Of a stretch of 64,000 bases of DNA, positions 29,856 through 39,536 are shown one piece after another; position 1 is the stretch's first letter, and the number at the start of each line of letters is the position of its first letter. Origin of the DNA: an uncultured Verrucomicrobiae bacterium. Lineage in GTDB: Bacteria > Verrucomicrobiota > Verrucomicrobiia > Chthoniobacterales > UBA10450. Location of the stretch: contig CAVTMK010000002.1 in NCBI GenBank assembly GCA_963735805.1, positions 1,184,001 to 1,248,000 on the forward strand, given 5' to 3'. The position numbers and the translations under genes are program-made. The notes below the pieces were generated by a model. It was given only the letters and a program-made list of their open reading frames with translations, ran no database searches and was not told the origin of the DNA.

Positions 29856-30887
29856 TCAACCCCATAGTCCTTGCGAAGGCACGCCGATCCTGCCTTCGTG
29901 GTATGGCGCGGGATGATCACGGTCGCGAGCGAGGAGCAGGGGACCATCAAGGTCCACGTAGTCCGCAGTGCTGGCTAACAGTCGAGCAGGAGCAATACCT
30001 AACGAAGTGCATGCCATGCAGCCGATCAATAACTTGAATCCGTTTTCTCGTGCACCCGAGCACAAGCGTAGCGCTTCGGTCATCCCTCCGGTTTTGTCGA
30101 GCTTCACATTCACCACTTCATAGCGATTCGCCAGGCCAGGTAGGTCGGCGGTTATGTGACAACTTTCATCAGCGCAGACCGGAATCGGATGGTCGAGGGT
30201 CCGCAGGACTTCGTCAGCGTTCGCAGGGAATGGCTGTTCGATGAGCTCGACGCCTAATTCCTTTAGCCCTTGAACAATCGCACGGTAATGCTCTGGAGAC
30301 CATGATTCATTCGCATCAATAAGCAGACGCGCCGCTGGCGTGGCTGCGTGTACGGCATCGACCCGAGTGAGGTCCAGGTGGTCGCCGCCAAGCTTCAACT
30401 TTAAGATCGGCATATTCGAATTTGCTGTCGCGTCGGCGGCCATTTTCTTCGGCGTATCGAGGCTGATCGTGAAAGACGTCTCGACTTCGGAAACCATCAG
30501 GATGTTCGCCAGTTCCCAGACGCGTTTGCCCGAGGCTTTCGCTTCGAGATCCCAAAGTGCGCAGTCCAACGCATTGCGCGCGGCCCCAGCCGGCATCAGT
30601 TCTTGCAAGGTTTGACGGTTGAAATCCTTCTCGCTGGGAAGGGATTCGATCTGTGCCAGCACCGAAGCGATGCTCTGATTATAGCGCGCCAGCGGCACAC
30701 ACTCGCCATGACCGATGCGTTCGCCATCGCTCACCGTCACCACGACGACTTGCGCTTCAGTGCGGCTCCCGCGCGAAATCCGAAACGGTTGCTTGAGAGG
30801 CCAGACTTCCTCCCTTGCTTCGACGGTGAGATGACTTATCGCCACAGAAGACACCGAAGATAACCACGGGGCGAAGTCAAAGATCAA
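29856..30887 (-). CDS. dipeptide epimerase (L-Ala-D/L-Glu / N-acetyl-D-Glu racemase, enolase superfamily)
   Basis: F.ISRG, ARNALDCALWD, KLKL, DANESW, IEQP, ADES, KLDKTGG, DLDG; start may be 30845. Confidence 0.93.
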   Translation of the reverse strand: MIFDFAPWLSSVSSVAISHLTVEAREEVWPLKQPFRISRGSRTEAQVVVVTVSDGERIGHGECVPLARYNQSIASVLAQIESLPSEKDFNRQTLQELMPAGAARNALDCALWDLEAKASGKRVWELANILMVSEVETSFTISLDTPKKMAADATANSNMPILKLKLGGDHLDLTRVDAVHAATPAARLLIDANESWSPEHYRAIVQGLKELGVELIEQPFPANADEVLRTLDHPIPVCADESCHITADLPGLANRYEVVNVKLDKTGGMTEALRLCSGARENGFKLLIGCMACTSLGIAPARLLASTADYVDLDGPLLLARDRDHPAPYHEGRIGVPSQGLWG

Positions 30888-30979
30888 GGGCTAAAGAAGG
30901 GCGTGACATCAATGAGGTTTTGTCATTAACTCTAATCCAATCGTCAGTTGTCTTCGTCGCGAGTAGGAGCACAAAAACT

Positions 30980-31381
30980 ATGAAGCTTAAGAGTTTAAAG
31001 AAAAAAATCCGGCGCCTTGAGAAATGTCTGCAGGAAGATCAAAAAAGGCTGGCCAGGCTAAAACAAAAACTTCAGACGACTGAATCAGCAAAGGCGATGA
31101 AAGCCGCGAGGAAATCGGCTGCTCGTGCTGCTCGCCGGGCCGCTCAGTCTTCGTCTTCCCAGCAAAAAGGCGGCGCGCACAAGTCGGCCGCTGCAAAGAA
31201 AGCGAAGAGAAAACTAAACCTTTCGCCGGAACGCCGCGCCCAACTTGCAGCTGCGATGAAGGCCAGGTGGGCTGCCAAGAGAGCCGCCCAGGGGAATACG
31301 CAAACGACATCAGGCGATAATCAAAATCCTGCGCCGGGATCAACGCCGCAGGCACCCGAAAACAGGCCAGACGGTGTCTAG
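30980..31381 (+). CDS. basic Lys/Ala-rich protein, possibly nucleoid-associated
   Basis: SD AGGAG; N-terminal coiled coil; LSPERRAQLAAAMKARWAAK. Confidence 0.7.
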   Translation: MKLKSLKKKIRRLEKCLQEDQKRLARLKQKLQTTESAKAMKAARKSAARAARRAAQSSSSQQKGGAHKSAAAKKAKRKLNLSPERRAQLAAAMKARWAAKRAAQGNTQTTSGDNQNPAPGSTPQAPENRPDGV

Positions 31382-31417
31382 AGCGGTTTGGTGCGGGCGC
31401 GTTGGTTGAGTCGCGCT

Positions 31418-31993
31418 TCACTTACGCCGACGCACACCACCGAGTTCCGCATAGCGCGTACATGTCACGAGGTGATCGTTGACCATCCCGACCGCCTGCA
31501 TCAGCGCGTAGCAGATCGTTGAGCCAACAAATTTGAATCCGCGACGCTGCAGGTCGCGGCTCATCTCGTCAGATTCTGCCGTGCGCGCAGGAACGTTGGC
31601 CATGCGCCGCCACCGATTCTGGATCGGCTTGCCACCGACGAAGCTCCATAGGTAGGCGTCGAAAGATCCGAACTCTTTGCGCACGGAGAGAAAGATCTTC
31701 GCGTTTTCGATTGTCGCCGCAATCTTCAATCGGTTGCGCACGATCCCGGCGTCTCTAAGCAACCGTCGCACATCCCGCGCGTTGTAACGCGCAATTCTCT
31801 CTGGACGAAATCCATCGAACGCTTTGCGGTAGTTCTCTCGTTTTTTTAAGATCGTGGTCCAGCTCAGTCCTGCCTGTGCGCCTTCGAGTGTTAGAAATTC
31901 AAATAGAACTCTGTCATCGTGTACTGGAACGCCCCATTCCTTATCGTGATAAGTAATGTTCGGCTCGGCTGTAGCCCAGGGACAACGCGACAT
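31418..31993 (-). CDS. tag: DNA-3-methyladenine glycosylase I
   Basis: RCPW, YHD.EWG, LEGAQAGLSW, IVRNRLKI, GFKFVG, NDHL..C. Confidence 0.97.
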   Translation of the reverse strand: MSRCPWATAEPNITYHDKEWGVPVHDDRVLFEFLTLEGAQAGLSWTTILKKRENYRKAFDGFRPERIARYNARDVRRLLRDAGIVRNRLKIAATIENAKIFLSVRKEFGSFDAYLWSFVGGKPIQNRWRRMANVPARTAESDEMSRDLQRRGFKFVGSTICYALMQAVGMVNDHLVTCTRYAELGGVRRRK

Positions 31994-32012
31994 ATGCGCA
32001 CAGATTATTGAG

Positions 32013-33173
32013 TCACATCCGGAGAGCGGCGCGAAGATGTGGGATCAGACGTTTGCTGAATTCAACAGAGTCGCTGGCGGATAAATGTGACCATTCGGGG
32101 CATTTGAAACCTGCGAGGTCGGCAAAATCTTCATAGTAAATACCGGGCGCCCCGGTGTCCTTGATTACTCGATCCCAGATACCGACGCGCGGGGTCTCGC
32201 GGTCCTCCAATTTCTTTAGGTCTCCGCTATATGGAAAACGAATGAAAACGATTTTGCCTCCGCGAGCCCGAAGCTTTTGTACGGCTGCGGCAACGTCCTT
32301 GAAGCGCTGGTTAATTGCGTCCTCCATCGTTTTCGCAAATTCTTCTTTCGGAATGTAAGTCGGCGGTGGCGGAGGAGTGAAAAGCGGGATCCAGATTTGT
32401 TGAATCATTCTCGCCAGTTTACTGCCCGGTCGGGCGCATTCGTCGATCATGCGCGCGCGACGTTCGCGATCCACAGTTCCGAAGTACGGCGGCAGTCGTG
32501 GCGATACGAGGGCATAGGGACGATCGGGAATGGGCAGACGTTTTAGCAGACCATCGAGAGTCAATTCTTCCGGTTTTAGAAATGCGACATGTTCTTCCAG
32601 CGGCACGTCGAGATATTGGCTTCCACGTTGCGCGAGTGTTTGAGTGTGAGATCGCCGAACGGCTTTTTCAGCGTGATCCATCGGCGGCGAGCCCGGCGGC
32701 GCGATAAACAAACGGGGGACAACACTGCAAATGACGGTGCCGTGAAAATTCTTGTCATTGGCCAGATCGGCCAGGGCCGGGTAAGCACAACTGCCGCCCA
32801 TTGCCAGCTGAACGGGACGTTTGCCTAATCCCTTTTGAAGTTCGTCGAGATCAAGATCGTATAAGCCGCGCGAATCGCCGATGATAACGACGGACTCGGG
32901 TTTCACCCGCCGGCGAGCCGATGTCCAGAGATCCTCGTTATCGTGGAGCGTGGCACCGTAACCGATGGAGCGACAATAAATTTCCCATGCAGACGTGGCA
33001 GCAATGACGATCAGCACGACTGCTACCACGATGCCGCGCCAGGGCAATTGCGGGATCGGCCGCACATATTCGAGAGGTGGGCCGCCATGTATGCTTTCAA
33101 TTTCCGTCGGCTTCCTGAAGAACAACCGCGGCAGGCGAAGCCTGCGTTTAAAATTGGAAATAGATGAAGGCAT
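32013..33173 (-). CDS. membrane-anchored SGNH-like partner of the MBOAT (AlgJ/PatB-like)
   Basis: Single TM, IIGDSR block, terminal EWSHL; overlaps MBOAT stop. Confidence 0.7.
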   Translation of the reverse strand: MPSSISNFKRRLRLPRLFFRKPTEIESIHGGPPLEYVRPIPQLPWRGIVVAVVLIVIAATSAWEIYCRSIGYGATLHDNEDLWTSARRRVKPESVVIIGDSRGLYDLDLDELQKGLGKRPVQLAMGGSCAYPALADLANDKNFHGTVICSVVPRLFIAPPGSPPMDHAEKAVRRSHTQTLAQRGSQYLDVPLEEHVAFLKPEELTLDGLLKRLPIPDRPYALVSPRLPPYFGTVDRERRARMIDECARPGSKLARMIQQIWIPLFTPPPPPTYIPKEEFAKTMEDAINQRFKDVAAAVQKLRARGGKIVFIRFPYSGDLKKLEDRETPRVGIWDRVIKDTGAPGIYYEDFADLAGFKCPEWSHLSASDSVEFSKRLIPHLRAALRM

Positions 33174-34569
33174 CGCTGTTTCCCTGAGTCAGGATGATGG
33201 CGCAGGCCATGAAGGCCCAACACGCTGTGATACTCCAGCGCGGCAAACGCATCACGGCCGTTTCGATGTTACTATCGCGCAGGGACCAGTGCACGAGAAT
33301 CATTCCGGCGGTGACGAGCGCGATCTGCAACATTTCACGCGTGGAAAGAATGGCGTCGCCGTGCGGATGTCCACCAAACATCCCGCCCAACATTCGCGCG
33401 GCGACCGTGAAGTCGGATGCTCGAAAAAATACCCATGCGATGCAAACGGCAGCGTAAGTGGCGAACCAGGCAAGGAGCCGAGTCGCGAGAGTGCCAGCCC
33501 ACGCTTTGTGTTCGAATAAGCCGCGCAGGACACGTTCCACAACGAGATAAGAACCATGAAGCAAACCCCATACTACAAAAGTCCAGGCCGCGCCGTGCCA
33601 GAGGCCACCGAGAAACATGACGATGACCAGATTTGTTCCGGCCCGGACGGGGCGGACCTGATTCCCGCCGAGGGGAATATAAAGGTAATCGCGCAGGAAT
33701 GTGGAAAGCGAGATATGCCAACGCCGCCAGAAATCGGAAAACCCAATGGCCGCGTACGGAAACCGGAAATTATCTTTCAGATGAAAACCAAGACACAGCG
33801 CGGCGCCGATGGCGCAGGTGGAGTAGCCCGCGAAATCAAAGAATATCTGGCCGGCGAATGCCATGACACCCAGCCAGGAATCCATAGCGATAAGGGGCCC
33901 AGCATAAGTAAAAATCCGATCGGCTGAACCGGAGAGCATCGTGTCGGCGAGTACAACTTTTTCGAATAAGCCGAGGGTCATAAGTAATAAGCCCCACAGA
34001 AACTGCCCTTCCCGCAAAGGCTGTGGCCTGACAAGTTGTGGAAGAAAATCGCCGGCACGCACAATTGGCCCGGCAACCAGTTGTGGAAAAAACGAAACGG
34101 CCAGAACGAAATCGCGCAGCGATTTGGTAGGCTTTAGGACGTCCCGATAAATGTCGAGCGTATACGAGAGGGAATGAAAGGTATAGAAGGAGATGCCCAC
34201 GGGTAGAAGAATGTCGAGGTGAGGTGGCTGATAAATGATGCCAACGCGAGCGAGCAGCCACTGAAAGTTTTGCAGCAGGAAGTTCCCGTATTTGAAGAAT
34301 CCCAGCATGCTCAGGTTCATGCAGACGCTGGCAACCAACCACGCGCGACGCGAACGTCGTCCTTTTGCCCTGCTCATTTGTCTGCCGAGCCAAAAATCCA
34401 TTGCCGTGGTGGAAAAGAGCAGCGCCGCGAAGGGCGGATTCCACGCGCCATAAAAGATGTAGCTAGCGATTACGAGAAGATTCTTCCGCGCATTCCAGGA
34501 GCGAATGCTCCAATAGGCGACGACGACGATTACAAAAAAAACAACGAAGGTGAGCGAATTGAAAAGCAT
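33148..34569 (-). CDS. MBOAT O-acyltransferase (AlgI/PatA-like)
   Basis: MLFNS, LPVGISFYTF, FFPQLVAGPI, DFAGYS, FWRRWHISLS, GLWHGA, FIYFQF. Confidence 0.95.
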   Translation of the reverse strand: MLFNSLTFVVFFVIVVVAYWSIRSWNARKNLLVIASYIFYGAWNPPFAALLFSTTAMDFWLGRQMSRAKGRRSRRAWLVASVCMNLSMLGFFKYGNFLLQNFQWLLARVGIIYQPPHLDILLPVGISFYTFHSLSYTLDIYRDVLKPTKSLRDFVLAVSFFPQLVAGPIVRAGDFLPQLVRPQPLREGQFLWGLLLMTLGLFEKVVLADTMLSGSADRIFTYAGPLIAMDSWLGVMAFAGQIFFDFAGYSTCAIGAALCLGFHLKDNFRFPYAAIGFSDFWRRWHISLSTFLRDYLYIPLGGNQVRPVRAGTNLVIVMFLGGLWHGAAWTFVVWGLLHGSYLVVERVLRGLFEHKAWAGTLATRLLAWFATYAAVCIAWVFFRASDFTVAARMLGGMFGGHPHGDAILSTREMLQIALVTAGMILVHWSLRDSNIETAVMRLPRWSITACWAFMACAIILTQGNSDAFIYFQF

Positions 34570-34776
34570 GACGGGCGCGCGATCTGCTTATTCAAGAGCC
34601 ATGTTCATTGCGAGCACATTTTGCCGAATCTCAAGATTGCATTCTCATTTCCGCTGCAGTCGGACGCCCGCGAAAAGGTTGGGAAATTTCTCGGGGCTAC
34701 TTGGGAGGTAGCGTGACCGCAACCAGTAGAACTGCGTTTACGTCATCCGATGTCCCTGGCGGACCCGCAACTGCCG

Positions 34777-35514
34777 TCAGTGTCGCCGTCGCTTGGACGC
34801 AGGATTGTCTGGATCGTATTCGTACAGCCGCGACGGATCACCGAAGACCGCGCCCAGCACGCGTTCGGGCCATATCTCAAAGTAGCTCAACACCACCGCC
34901 ATCAATGGAACCAGAATGAAATAGAGACCGTGAGCCGCCATTATAAACATCGCCATGGCGCGCAGTATCAAAAGATATACATCCCAGCGCACCCTCTGTT
35001 TCAGTTCTTGCTCGGGCATCGCATCATAGCCTGATTGGAACGCTTTCCAGAAATGACTGGCGGCGAGCGAGCCGAAAGTGAACCAGAGCGCCGGGGATTG
35101 AATTAGCTGGCGGCGGAGGTCGTTGCCGAGCAGCAGATCGTGGAGCGGAATCAAAACGATCCAGTAGGGGAGAGCGACGATGCCAACGAGGAAAATCCAT
35201 GTGACTACTCCTCGCACGACGTTCACCGCGACTGACATCACTCCGGCCGATTTTGGTTCTGTCTCGCGCAGTGCGCGCGGGATCAGCGCGGCGACGATTG
35301 CTGCCAGCGCAGTCAGCCCATCGAACCAGTAGTTAAACACGCTGAGCGCGGCGGACCAGCCAAAGAAGTAGATTCCGATTACCGGAATCATATTGCGCGC
35401 GATTATGAGCCATGCGCCGGGCCGCGATGCGAGTTCGCGCAGATGTTGCGAGAGCGGCGGCGGCGCGATCTGCCGCACTGCGGTCGGCTTGCTCTTTTCC
35501 TGAGGCTTTGCCAT
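34777..35514 (-). CDS. hypothetical integral membrane protein
   Basis: 5-6 TM segments; N.IPV.G..FFGW. Confidence 0.75.
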   Translation of the reverse strand: MAKPQEKSKPTAVRQIAPPPLSQHLRELASRPGAWLIIARNMIPVIGIYFFGWSAALSVFNYWFDGLTALAAIVAALIPRALRETEPKSAGVMSVAVNVVRGVVTWIFLVGIVALPYWIVLIPLHDLLLGNDLRRQLIQSPALWFTFGSLAASHFWKAFQSGYDAMPEQELKQRVRWDVYLLILRAMAMFIMAAHGLYFILVPLMAVVLSYFEIWPERVLGAVFGDPSRLYEYDPDNPASKRRRH

Positions 35515-35791
35515 CGCGGTAGATTAACAAAGGGATGCCGACGGAATCCACACCTTCAGTAAGCCATCGTGATGATCCCCTGATTTTCTCAACCCGCGAT
35601 TAAAGCGGCATCACGCCGAGCGATGAGTGCCTTTCCCGTCATGCCACCAGCGTCGCAGAGGGCAATTCGCCAAAGAAATTGCGAAAGGCTAACCGCCCCC
35701 GGTGTCGGGCCCGTTCCGAGAAACGCAGCTTCGATAAACGCTATATCAACGGAAATGCGAACTTGGCCAATGCGAGCGCTCCTTATAAAAC

Positions 35792-36592
35792 ATGATCTTC
35801 ACGATGATTGACGAATTCCTGGTTCGTATTTTCACAAGTGAATTGCGCGTTATTCTTATCGTGTCACTGCTTCTGCTGGCCCTGGCAGAAGCGGGTTTTC
35901 GGGTGGCTCAACTGCGGCATCGTGAGACGACTCAAGGGCACAAAAATCAGGTAACAGGAATCCAGACTGCGGTTCTCGGACTGCTGGCTCTGCTTTTGGG
36001 TTTCACTTTCGTGATGGCGCTCGGGCGCTATGATTCGCGGCGCAACCTGGTCCTTCAGGAGGCGAACGCGATCGGCACCACTTATCTACGCGCCTCGTTT
36101 CTGCCAGAGACGCACAGGAATGCGGTGGAAGATTTACTTCGGCGCTACATCGACGCGCGAATTCCGTTGTACGATCGCGGCACCACCTCGGCAAAATTAA
36201 GATCGCTCGAGGAGCAGTCCTCGAATTTGCAACACGAGCTGTGGGAACATTTGGTTGCTGCGGCCAAAGAGTCTCCTTCTCCGGTCACTGCGACCTTCAT
36301 CGGTGCGCTGAACCAGATGATTGACCTGGACGCGTCCCGTCTCCATGCTCTGCGCTCGCATGTGCCTGGCGCAGCGTGGTTGCTGGTGCTCATCGTCTCG
36401 GGAGTTGGTTGTTATGTCAGTGGTTACGCTGCCGGCATCAGCAAAGCGAGGAGCGCTTTCCCCATCGTTCTTCTACCTCTTTTGGTGGCTGTAGTTGTTA
36501 CCCTGATCTCGGACCTCGACGCACCACGACAGGGGCTTATTGGCATCAGCAAACAACCACTTATCGATTTGAAACAATCATTTGAGAGATAA
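35792..36592 (+). CDS. bestrophin-like/DUF4239 membrane protein
   Basis: LLALLLGFTF, RYD.RR....EANAIGT.YLR, DLD.PR.G.I. Confidence 0.85.
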   Translation: MIFTMIDEFLVRIFTSELRVILIVSLLLLALAEAGFRVAQLRHRETTQGHKNQVTGIQTAVLGLLALLLGFTFVMALGRYDSRRNLVLQEANAIGTTYLRASFLPETHRNAVEDLLRRYIDARIPLYDRGTTSAKLRSLEEQSSNLQHELWEHLVAAAKESPSPVTATFIGALNQMIDLDASRLHALRSHVPGAAWLLVLIVSGVGCYVSGYAAGISKARSAFPIVLLPLLVAVVVTLISDLDAPRQGLIGISKQPLIDLKQSFER

Positions 36593-36739
36593 TCAGGGTA
36601 GCTTTGAAGCGGCATTGAGGCGATCACGTTGCCGGCACTTCCAAGATGGGTGGACGCGTGAAACGATATCCACTGTGAGACTCGGGTTCCGATGCCGACA
36701 AATCTGGATTCAACAATAAAGTTCGCGTACTGACGAGCA

Positions 36740-37417
36740 ATGACACCGCCACAACTCGTGCCTGCGCCGAAGGTCGACAGTCGATCTGACAACGAGTTAC
36801 TCAGGCGAGCGCAGGAATTTTATGAAATGATGCAACGCCGTCGCACGTTCCGCGATTTTTCTGATCGCCCGGTGTCACGCGAAGTAATTGAGTCCTGCCT
36901 TGGCGCAGCCGGCACAGCGCCGAGCGGCGCGAATTTGCAGCCATGGCATTTCGTGGCCGTGAGCGATCCGGCGGTGAAACATGAGATTCGTATCGCTGCG
37001 GAGAAGGAAGAGGAGGAATTTTACGCCCATCGCGCGCCTAAAGCATGGCTGGAAGCGCTCGCACCGCTGGGCACCGATTCGAACAAGCCGTTTCTGGAGA
37101 TCGCACCGTGGCTTATCGCTGTCTTCGCTCAACCGTTTCGGATTCTCGCAGACGGAAGGCGATCGCCAACGTATTACGCAATCGAATCGGTCGGCATTGC
37201 GACCGGCATACTCGTGACGGCGGTGCATTCGTGTGGATTGGTTTCACTAACCCATACACCAAGTCCGATGGTTTTTTTGAATCGGATTCTCGGACGACCA
37301 TCGCACGAGAAACCTTTTGTGCTTCTTGTGGTTGGCCATCCCGCAAATAATGCGCTGGTCCCTGATATCGGCCGCAAACCGGTTGCGGATATCAGCTCGT
37401 TTCTGACCGGGCGTTAA
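36740..37417 (+). CDS. nitroreductase, iodotyrosine deiodinase-like
   Basis: RRTFRDFS, TAPSGANLQPW, EEEEFY, KPFLE.AP, THTPSPM. Confidence 0.9.
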   Translation: MTPPQLVPAPKVDSRSDNELLRRAQEFYEMMQRRRTFRDFSDRPVSREVIESCLGAAGTAPSGANLQPWHFVAVSDPAVKHEIRIAAEKEEEEFYAHRAPKAWLEALAPLGTDSNKPFLEIAPWLIAVFAQPFRILADGRRSPTYYAIESVGIATGILVTAVHSCGLVSLTHTPSPMVFLNRILGRPSHEKPFVLLVVGHPANNALVPDIGRKPVADISSFLTGR

Positions 37418-37461
37418 TTCAAAAGATCGAACGAGATGCTTTAATCGATCAAACAGGAAGC

Positions 37462-38445
37462 ATGACTAGCGGCAATGGCATAAAACGAACGTCGTGGTTT
37501 GCATTGTACGCGTTCGTGTTCTCGCTCTCAGCGGTACGTTCTACGCCGGAACTTACGTTGGATGACTTGAGGAAACTGGAGATCATTTGCTTTGTTCCTT
37601 CGTATCTGCCCGAAGGTCTTCGATTGCAGCGCGTCGACATCACCTACGACGACGTGCCCGAGGAGTCTGGCGACGTGAAGCATCAGTTCCCGCTTTACTC
37701 AATTGCTTACAGCAACGGTCCGCAGAGCGGAGCGACATTCTCGATCGAGTCGGCGCGTGAAGGCATAGGCGACCGAAACATCATGGCAGACGAGCAGAAT
37801 GCCGAAGAGACCGAGATCGAATCGCCTTTGGGACCGATGTATCTAATCTATCGCCCAAAAGGGAAGAGCGGCCGCAAAGATGAGATCATCGCGAACTGGG
37901 TGAGCGACGTAAACATGAATGCCGAACAAGAAAAGGGTGTGCAAAATCACCCTGTTCTTGGCAGATTTCATGGATTTTCCGCGACCGGGATTACGCTTGG
38001 GGATTTCGTGAAGATTGTTCAATCACTTCAGCCCATCCGGGACGAGCAGGCCGCCAAGTCAGCAACACCACAAAAGTTCGCGCTCAAGATTCATCCGAAA
38101 GTTTTCAGCATGATTAATTGCTGGATCTCGGATTCGGAGAGTCCGGTGGTGACAGAAATCAGCCTGGACGCAGTAGAGAAAAACGGGAACGAATTTAACG
38201 AGGATGGACTAAAGCAAGACGGCGAGTGGCTACAATGTCCAGTGCCGGATACCAAGGGATTCATGCGCTACCGTATGCTTGAGTCCAAAGGTAATCATCA
38301 CAAGGTCGAGTATCAGGAGAACGGAGGTGGCACCCTCACGACGGCATCCAACATCGAGTTCGAAATTGAAAAACGAAACATTTACCGTGACGGCAAGCCG
38401 GTGACGATCCGCGTGCTTCGAGTCTTATCTTACAATCAGAAATAA
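37462..38445 (+). CDS. secreted two-domain hypothetical protein
   Basis: 327-aa ORF with signal peptide; PSYLPEG motif. Confidence 0.7.
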   Translation: MTSGNGIKRTSWFALYAFVFSLSAVRSTPELTLDDLRKLEIICFVPSYLPEGLRLQRVDITYDDVPEESGDVKHQFPLYSIAYSNGPQSGATFSIESAREGIGDRNIMADEQNAEETEIESPLGPMYLIYRPKGKSGRKDEIIANWVSDVNMNAEQEKGVQNHPVLGRFHGFSATGITLGDFVKIVQSLQPIRDEQAAKSATPQKFALKIHPKVFSMINCWISDSESPVVTEISLDAVEKNGNEFNEDGLKQDGEWLQCPVPDTKGFMRYRMLESKGNHHKVEYQENGGGTLTTASNIEFEIEKRNIYRDGKPVTIRVLRVLSYNQK

Positions 38446-38487
38446 ACAGTCGGCGTGATATCTTCGCTTGAAGCAGTGTCGCCTTAA

Positions 38488-38955
38488 TCAACGCGAAACG
38501 AGAAGGTAGGCTAGACCGATCGCCACCAGATCTTCGCAGATTGCGACGAAAAAGTCCTTGATATGCAGATTACGTACCGAGCGCTTCCGGATTTCGTACC
38601 CGGCGAACGCTCCGATCAAGCCGCCTATCCCACCTAAAAGCGCACCAGCTAATAACGATTGACCTGCTGCCGCGCAGAGAGTCGCGCCGCAGAGACCTCC
38701 AGTCACAATGCGCGCCAATAAGGGCGGAAGCGCAGTCCGTTTCGGAGTCTGTGGCATTTTGTCGCCAACCAATTCGCCGACTGCGAGCACGGTGAATATC
38801 GCGACCGCCGCTGTTGATCCCATAAATGCAAGCGGCGAACCCTGCAGATTCAACCAGCCAAGATGCGCAGCCCAGGCAACCATCGCGGGCGCCAGCAAGG
38901 CTCGCAGTCCAGCGACAATTCCGATTCCTATTGCGAGAACGAAGACGTAGGTCAT
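38488..38955 (-). CDS. DUF4126-like small membrane protein
   Basis: AGLR...PA, GELVGDK.P.TP.R, VA..ED. Confidence 0.8.
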   Translation of the reverse strand: MTYVFVLAIGIGIVAGLRALLAPAMVAWAAHLGWLNLQGSPLAFMGSTAAVAIFTVLAVGELVGDKMPQTPKRTALPPLLARIVTGGLCGATLCAAAGQSLLAGALLGGIGGLIGAFAGYEIRKRSVRNLHIKDFFVAICEDLVAIGLAYLLVSR

Positions 38956-39014
38956 GAATGATTCTTTTTCAAAACAAGAACGATTGCGAGTCTGTTCTGG
39001 CGACGAATTCGGGG

Positions 39015-39392
39015 CTATCGGATTTGCGCCGGATTGTACGGCTGCCAGTTGCCTTCGATCTTTTCCAGCCATTCAATCTTGCTAGACCGCCGATCGACCC
39101 GATAACGGTCAACCACTGGATTAGTGTCGGGGTCTCCACCGCATTTGGCGTTGTGATTTTCTCGGAGAACAAACTGAAAATAAGCATGAGTTGTTTCCTC
39201 TGTGCCGTAGGTAACACAATTCAATGAGATTCGGTGCGTATAAACAGCGTTGTGCCTAAGGGTGTGTTCGAGTAAAGCAAGCGCGGCATCTTCATCGAGC
39301 GGACCTGAGTGCGGACCAGCGCGGGCGACGCTCGCGGAAACCAGAACGACTGTGATAAGGGCAGCCGTTACAAATCGGGAAATGGAATTCAT
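39015..39392 (-). CDS. secreted hypothetical protein (cassette-like)
   Basis: Signal peptide; LRE.H...CGGDP.T.P..DRY; ATG two bases after GTTAGGC. Confidence 0.7.
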   Translation of the reverse strand: MNSISRFVTAALITVVLVSASVARAGPHSGPLDEDAALALLEHTLRHNAVYTHRISLNCVTYGTEETTHAYFQFVLRENHNAKCGGDPDTNPVVDRYRVDRRSSKIEWLEKIEGNWQPYNPAQIR

Positions 39393-39536
39393 CGGCCTAA
39401 CGAGGCGTCTCGAGCAAAGGTCAGTCGGACTCGAACTTCGGTTTTTCGGCGGAAATCGACATAGCAACCAAAAGCAGAAAACAGATCGTCCGTCTGTTTC
39501 TCATAGGACGAACAGAACAGGGGCGGGGGAAGGACG

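Noticed and set aside
35640..35730. c-di-GMP riboswitch-like sequence (gggcaa...gcgaaagg)
   Set aside because: P1/P2 pairing and the tetraloop-receptor pattern could not be built.
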